Shown: piece after piece, positions 27,373-32,000 of the stretch | Position numbering within the stretch: position 1 is the stretch's first letter | Layout of the letters: every line of letters starts with the position of its first letter | NCBI GenBank assembly: GCA_964514965.1 | Contig: CAZETV010000001.1 | Coordinates: 60,001 to 92,000, forward strand | Direction: 5' to 3' | Length of the DNA stretch: 32,000 nt | DNA from: Candidatus Hadarchaeota archaeon | Lineage (GTDB): Archaea > Hadarchaeota > Hadarchaeia > Hadarchaeales > Hadarchaeaceae | Position numbers and translations under genes: made by a program | The notes under the pieces: generated by a model | Seen by the model: only the letters and a program-made list of their open reading frames with translations | Told to the model about the DNA's origin: nothing | Databases searched by the model: none

Positions 27373-27711
27373 CTACTTCCTGTACTCGTTAATTAGCTCT
27401 AAAATTTTTTTGATATCCTCATCTTCAAGCATTGTTCGTTCTTTTGCGAAAATGAGTTCCACATCCTCTTTTCTCTCGGGCATAAGATCAACGAGTGCAA
27501 TTGCTTGATGTTCCCTTATTTTCTCAAGCTTGAGCAACTCACCGACCAGTTCCCCTGTTTTTTTGATATCTAACTTCGCAAATTTTTGCGCGTAATCGTA
27601 GGTGAGCCGTTGTCCGTACTCCAACTCTCCCTGCTTTTTTTGTTTTTCGAGGATTTCAAGTACTTTGGCCAGTGATACGGGTTTTTCACCTGTTACCCCT
27701 TTTCCTATCAT
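27373..27711 (-). CDS. rpoF: DNA-directed RNA polymerase subunit F (Rpb4)
   Basis: 112 aa, Rpb4/RpoF-like (LTYDYAQKFAKLDIKKTGELVGELLKLEKIREHQAIALVDLMPERKEDVELIFAKER), located between L21e and DUF655 as in many archaea. Confidence 0.87.
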   Translation of the reverse strand: MIGKGVTGEKPVSLAKVLEILEKQKKQGELEYGQRLTYDYAQKFAKLDIKKTGELVGELLKLEKIREHQAIALVDLMPERKEDVELIFAKERTMLEDEDIKKILELINEYRK

Positions 27712-28007
27712 CTTACCCCCACCATTCTAAGGTGTTCTGGGCGGGAAATAACCTTTTTGATGGAGCCCCCGTCCCTAATTTCGACCACGTAAGCTCGCCC
27801 ACAACGTTCCTGAACAACTCCAATTCTGCCATGGTACCGCGGGTGGGGCTGCCCCTTCGCGATGCTTGGGTCAAGGATAATTGTAACCTTCGTGCCAGGC
27901 CCAATCGGCTGAATCACTCGACTCACAGGCGAAAGCCCACGTTCACGAACATGCTTGGTGAGCTTTCTTCTGCTTTTGCTTCGAAGACCTTTCGATCTTT
28001 TAGCCAT
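27708..28007 (-). CDS. rpl21e: Ribosomal protein L21e
   Basis: MAKRSKGLRSKSRRKLTKHVRERGLSPVSRVIQPIGPGTKVTIILDPSIAKGQPHPRYHGRIGVVQERCGRAYVVEI. Internal ATG at 28007 preferred over the track start 28061. Confidence 0.93.
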   Translation of the reverse strand: MAKRSKGLRSKSRRKLTKHVRERGLSPVSRVIQPIGPGTKVTIILDPSIAKGQPHPRYHGRIGVVQERCGRAYVVEIRDGGSIKKVISRPEHLRMVGVR

Positions 28008-28061
28008 GATAACACCATAAGTAATAGGTTTTCCTAACATTTCTAAACTACTCGTTCTCAC

Positions 28062-29456
28062 TTAAGAACTTTTTCTGCTAGCTCCCTTTCCTATATCGTG
28101 AGATATTTCCTTCGGTAATTGTTTCATTAGCTTTGCAAACGGGCCAAATTTCGGTCCTCGTCCTTTTATCATCTTTTTAATCAACTTTTTCATGAGTTCA
28201 TATTGTTTTAGCAATTCTTTAACATCTGTCTCACCTGTGCCCGAGCCTCGGGCTATTCGGTGAATTCGTGAGGCGTTGAGCAACTTCGGATTTTCGAGTT
28301 CCTCAGGAGTCATTGACTGCATGATAACCTTAAAACGCTTTAGTTTCTCCTCTCCAACCCGCATCTCTTCTTCCGGTATAGCTACCCCCAGTCCAGGGAC
28401 CATCTGCATAAGCTTCTTGAGGGGACCCATTTTTCCCATCATTTCAAGCTGGCTGTAAACGTCTTGTAAAGTTATCTTGCCTGCGAGGATTGCTTTCATA
28501 TCAGCAGGCTTCATATCTTCGGCTTTTGCGGTCTCCTCTATCTTCTTCAGTAATGTCTCAATATCGCCCATTCCAAGCAAGCGAGCCACGAAGCGCTCGG
28601 GCACAAAAGGCTCGAGATCATCTAGGTGTTCACCGACACCTATGAACTTAATCGGAGCCTCAGTTGCCGCAACCGCCGAGAGAGCTCCACCACCTTTTGC
28701 CGTGCCATCCAATTTGGTAATCAAAATCGAGCCTATGTTCGTTGCAGCTTTGAATGCGGTGGCCTGCTCTTTTGCCTGTTGTCCCATTGTCCCATCCACG
28801 ACAAGCATAATTTCGTCTGGCTCTATTGTTTTGGCGATTTGATGCATTTCTTCCATCAGGGCTTCCTCTTTGCGATGCCTACCAGCCGTGTCAACGATGA
28901 TTAATTCAAGATGCTCTTTTTTGTGCTGCTTGACGCCCTCCTTTGCGAGCTTAATCGAATTCTTGGCTTGGGGTTCACCGAAAAATCTTGTGCCCACTTG
29001 TTGACTAAGTTGACTGAGCTGTTCGTACGCACCTGGGCGAAAGGTGTCCGCACAGACAATGCCAACCTTGAAGCCCCGTTTCTTGAAGTGAGCGGCTAGC
29101 TTTGCCACCGAGGTCGTTTTTCCACTTCCTTGAAGGCCGACCATCAATAGTACCGTGGATTCTCCGGGCTTGAGCTGTAGTTGGGTTGGGCGCCCCATGA
29201 GCTTGGAGAGTTCTTCGTATACAATTTTGATGATGTGTTCCTTGCGTGCCATGCCAGGGGGAAGCTTCTCATCGAGTGCCCGCTTTTCTATTCGCTTCGT
29301 CATTTCCAGCACGAGTTCTACATTGGCGTCCGCCTGCAGTAGAGCGCGCTGGATATCCCGCACTAGCTCCTTGATTACTCGCTCGTCAATGTGGGGCGCG
29401 CGTGTCAGCTTTCTGAGGGCGCTGTGCAGGGTCCTACCAAGTCTGTCGAGAACCAT
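28062..29456 (-). CDS. srp54: Signal recognition particle 54 kDa protein
   Basis: 464 aa. [47 protein letters not shown], Met-rich M domain. Confidence 0.96.
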   Translation of the reverse strand: MVLDRLGRTLHSALRKLTRAPHIDERVIKELVRDIQRALLQADANVELVLEMTKRIEKRALDEKLPPGMARKEHIIKIVYEELSKLMGRPTQLQLKPGESTVLLMVGLQGSGKTTSVAKLAAHFKKRGFKVGIVCADTFRPGAYEQLSQLSQQVGTRFFGEPQAKNSIKLAKEGVKQHKKEHLELIIVDTAGRHRKEEALMEEMHQIAKTIEPDEIMLVVDGTMGQQAKEQATAFKAATNIGSILITKLDGTAKGGGALSAVAATEAPIKFIGVGEHLDDLEPFVPERFVARLLGMGDIETLLKKIEETAKAEDMKPADMKAILAGKITLQDVYSQLEMMGKMGPLKKLMQMVPGLGVAIPEEEMRVGEEKLKRFKVIMQSMTPEELENPKLLNASRIHRIARGSGTGETDVKELLKQYELMKKLIKKMIKGRGPKFGPFAKLMKQLPKEISHDIGKGASRKSS

Positions 29457-29509
29457 AGGGTATCACGTTCAATAATCGTTTGTCAAGTTGTATTAAATAA
29501 ACGAGGAGG

Positions 29510-30550
29510 CTAAGCTCTTCTCTTGGGCATTAAGATCGTGCGAATCGGGAACGGGATCGTGATGCCCTCCTTCTTGTAGCGTTTGTGTAGCTCCTTGACA
29601 AACTCATGAGTGATCAAGTACTTGTCCACGAATTCTTTGACCCTCAGGATGACGGTGAAATTTATACTAAAGTCGCTGAAGGTGTGATAACGGATGAAGG
29701 GCTCGAACTCAGGCACCCCACCAGTCACTTTTTTCAAAACTTTTTTACCTACATCAATGGTCACTCTTTCCACTTTCTCAAGGTCGCTGTCGTAGGCCAC
29801 TCCAACCTGGACCAAGCAGGCCATCTGTGGCTCGGGTAAGTAGTAATTGGTGACTATTGCTCCCGCCATTTTTGAGTTAGGTACTACAATTATGTTGTTT
29901 GGAAGTTCGCGTATTCTTGTGCTACGCCAACCGATCTCTTCCACATAGCCTTTTTGACCGGAGTCTAGCTCGATATAATCGCCTACCCTTACGGGTCGGT
30001 CGGACATAATGTAAATGCCGGCAAAGAACTCGGACAATGTTCCTTGAAGGGCGAACGCAACTGCGAGGCCCCCTATCCCAAAGGCTGCGACTAATGCGGT
30101 CACTTGAATGCCAAGTGCATCTAGTATAAGTAAGAATGCTACAAAAAAGATGATAATTTTCATGATTTTCTGGAGCGTTGGTACGAGTGTTTTCACGCTG
30201 GGGCGCACTGTGCCGTAGTACTTTAATATTCCAGTTATAATCCTCGTGGCGCACCATGTTGTTATTAAGAGTATTAACAGGTAGCTGATGGTCGGGATAT
30301 ATCGTATAACCTCAGCAGGGACAAACGTTGCACGCTCAAGAGCAAAGTTAATCCCCATAATCAAGAATATTGCAACTATCGGCACTTTAATAGCAGCGAG
30401 AATGATATCGTCGATTTTGGTTTTCGTCTTTCTGGTGAGCCTACTGATGTAAATGTTTAACACAAATCTCAGCGCGTACCCCGCCACAATGAACCCGATT
30501 AATATTAAAATCGGCGTTAGTATTTGCCAGAGTTCTTCAATGGTCATCAT
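29510..30550 (-). CDS. mscS: MscS-family small-conductance mechanosensitive channel
   Basis: 346 aa. LVAAFGIGGLAVAFALQGTLSEFFAGIYIMSDRPVRVGDYIEL, EIGWRSTRIRELPNNIIVVPNSKM. Confidence 0.9.
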   Translation of the reverse strand: MMTIEELWQILTPILILIGFIVAGYALRFVLNIYISRLTRKTKTKIDDIILAAIKVPIVAIFLIMGINFALERATFVPAEVIRYIPTISYLLILLITTWCATRIITGILKYYGTVRPSVKTLVPTLQKIMKIIIFFVAFLLILDALGIQVTALVAAFGIGGLAVAFALQGTLSEFFAGIYIMSDRPVRVGDYIELDSGQKGYVEEIGWRSTRIRELPNNIIVVPNSKMAGAIVTNYYLPEPQMACLVQVGVAYDSDLEKVERVTIDVGKKVLKKVTGGVPEFEPFIRYHTFSDFSINFTVILRVKEFVDKYLITHEFVKELHKRYKKEGITIPFPIRTILMPKRRA

Positions 30551-30624
30551 TTACACCAATGTTATTTTATAATCATATCTAAAAAACATATTTAAAACAT
30601 CGCTTCCACTATTTCTTGGTTTTA

Positions 30625-32000
30625 ATGGTTTCTGCGAATGATATACAGGTGCTTGTGAAATCTAAGTTGAAAGGATACAAATTTCTAATTGTTTCTAACC
30701 GTGAGCCTTACATCCATATGCACACGCCTGATGGGGTGCAGGTTAAGACCCCCGCTGGAGGTCTGACAGCGGCTCTGGACCCCCTGATGCAGACTACCGG
30801 CGGAACGTGGGTGGCAGGCGGTAGTGGGGATGCCGATCGGGAAAACGTAAATAAACAAAATCGGTGCCGGGTCCCCCCCAGTAACCCGAAATATGTGCTT
30901 AAACGGGTCTGGATGTCAAAGGACGAGGTGGACAAGTTTTACTTCGGTTTTTCGAATCAGACGCTCTGGCCCCTCTGCCATAACGTGTTTCGGGAACCCG
31001 TTTTCAAGAAATCGTTCTGGAACGGTTACAAGCACTCGAACGCACTGTACGCGGAAGCTATCAGGCAGGAGATGAAGGGAATAGATAAAGCTTTCATTTG
31101 GTTTCATGACTATCACTTGGGGCTAGCACCAAGAATGGTCAGGAATGGAGCCCCGAAAAAACAAAAGCTTGTGCTTGCTCATTTTTGGCATATTCCTTGG
31201 CCCACATGGGATACATTCACCCTTCTACCGTGGGGGGAGGCGATACTCGACGGCATGCTCGCGAACGACCTCATTGGTTTTCACCTCCATAGTTATTGTG
31301 TCAACTTCTTGACGAGCGTTGAGAAGGTGATGGGAATTAAACCCGATTACAGGACACTTAACGTGAGATATAAAGGACGCAGCATTCACGTGAGGCCCTT
31401 CCCTATAAGCGTGGATTTTGAAACCATTGATAAACTGGTGAGAAGCCCAGGGGTAAAGCGGGAGATGAAGCGCGTCCGAGCTCTCCAGTACATTCCATAC
31501 AAATATATCGGTGTAGGCGTAGATCGGATTGACTACACAAAGGGCATCATTGAGAGGTTCAGGGCCATAGATCGGTTTTTGGAGAAGTACCCAGAGTACC
31601 AGAATAATTTTGTGTTCGTGGAAGCAGGGGCACCAAGCCGCACACGAATTCCAAAGTATATGGAACTGAACGAGGAGATATCTAAAGTTGTCGAAAAGAT
31701 TAATTGGAAATACATGAGGGGCTATTGGAAACCTATCATTTACATTGGGGGAAAGTTGGGTCCAGATAAACTTTTCGCATTATACAGAACCGCTGATGTT
31801 TGTTTAGTGAGCCCGATTCAAGACGGGATGAACTTGGTGGCGAAGGAATTCATCTCTGCAAATTTAGATTGCACGGGAGCGTTGATGTTAAGCAAATTTG
31901 CGGGAGCAACAGAGGAACTGGAGGGTGCCGTGATAATCAATCCTTATGATGTGGAGGGATTTGCAGACGCGATTAAAGATACTTTGGGCATGTCGCTGAA
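30625..32000 (+). CDS. otsA: Glycosyltransferase family 20, trehalose-6-phosphate synthase-like (truncated by window edge)
   Basis: Absent from the ORF track because it has no stop in the window. Translation from ATG 30625: MVSANDIQVLVKSKLKGYKFLIVSNREPYIHMHTPDGVQVKTPAGGLTAALDPLMQTTGGTWVAGGSG... with FIWFHDYHLGLAPRMV, VGVDRIDYTKGIIERFRAI, VSPIQDGMNLVAKEF. Catalytic-region motifs of GT20. Confidence 0.87.
   Translation, partial: MVSANDIQVLVKSKLKGYKFLIVSNREPYIHMHTPDGVQVKTPAGGLTAALDPLMQTTGGTWVAGGSGDADRENVNKQNRCRVPPSNPKYVLKRVWMSKDEVDKFYFGFSNQTLWPLCHNVFREPVFKKSFWNGYKHSNALYAEAIRQEMKGIDKAFIWFHDYHLGLAPRMVRNGAPKKQKLVLAHFWHIPWPTWDTFTLLPWGEAILDGMLANDLIGFHLHSYCVNFLTSVEKVMGIKPDYRTLNVRYKGRSIHVRPFPISVDFETIDKLVRSPGVKREMKRVRALQYIPYKYIGVGVDRIDYTKGIIERFRAIDRFLEKYPEYQNNFVFVEAGAPSRTRIPKYMELNEEISKVVEKINWKYMRGYWKPIIYIGGKLGPDKLFALYRTADVCLVSPIQDGMNLVAKEFISANLDCTGALMLSKFAGATEELEGAVIINPYDVEGFADAIKDTLGMSL

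Noticed and set aside
27672-28904. Forward ORFs over L21e and SRP54 (27672..28037, 28477..28842, 28626..28904)
   Set aside because: Shadows of conserved ribosomal and SRP genes on the other strand.
1-32000. CRISPR arrays, transposases, integrases, toxin-antitoxin or defence cassettes
   Set aside because: No regularly spaced repeats, IS-like inverted termini or recognisable nuclease/transposase ORFs were seen by reading. The window looks like ordinary chromosomal core sequence apart from the tRNA and the points listed.

Overview
This 32 kb window is archaeal and gene-dense. I support 36 protein-coding genes and one tRNA gene. Lineage is inference: the gene set (archaeal-type SRP54, RpoF/Rpb4, L21e, L40e, S26e, GGGP synthase, UPF0147, DUF655, TATA-type promoters) is archaeal, but I cannot name the phylum. 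Main contents: start of an HdrA (runs off the left edge) divergent from a MvhG-MvhA-type [NiFe] hydrogenase with a maturation endopeptidase; MvhD; SufBC; a diaminopimelate/lysine operon (class-III aminotransferase, lysA, lysC, dapA, dapB, polysaccharide pyruvyl transferase, and asd); NnrD, L40e, GGGP synthase and S26e; a porGDAB operon; HypF; TrkH; DUF655/RpoF/L21e; SRP54; MscS; and a GT20 trehalose-6-phosphate-synthase-like gene (runs off the right edge). The strongest non-obvious signal is at 6803..6993: an initiator tRNA-Met(CAU) that I read as broken by four short introns (31, 21, 34 and 30 nt), at positions 10/11, 30/31, 37/38 and 59/60. Each intron folds into a bulge-helix-bulge-like motif, and removing all four gives a 75-nt tRNA with A1-U72 and three stacked G-C pairs below the anticodon. 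Also notable: a 44-aa Cys/His-rich micro-ORF missing from the ORF track (8890..9024), a hydrogenase maturation protease whose Ni-ligand Asp appears to be Asn, and a class-III aminotransferase in a DAP operon that lacks visible dapL/dapF. No CRISPR array, mobile element or recognisable defence system was found.
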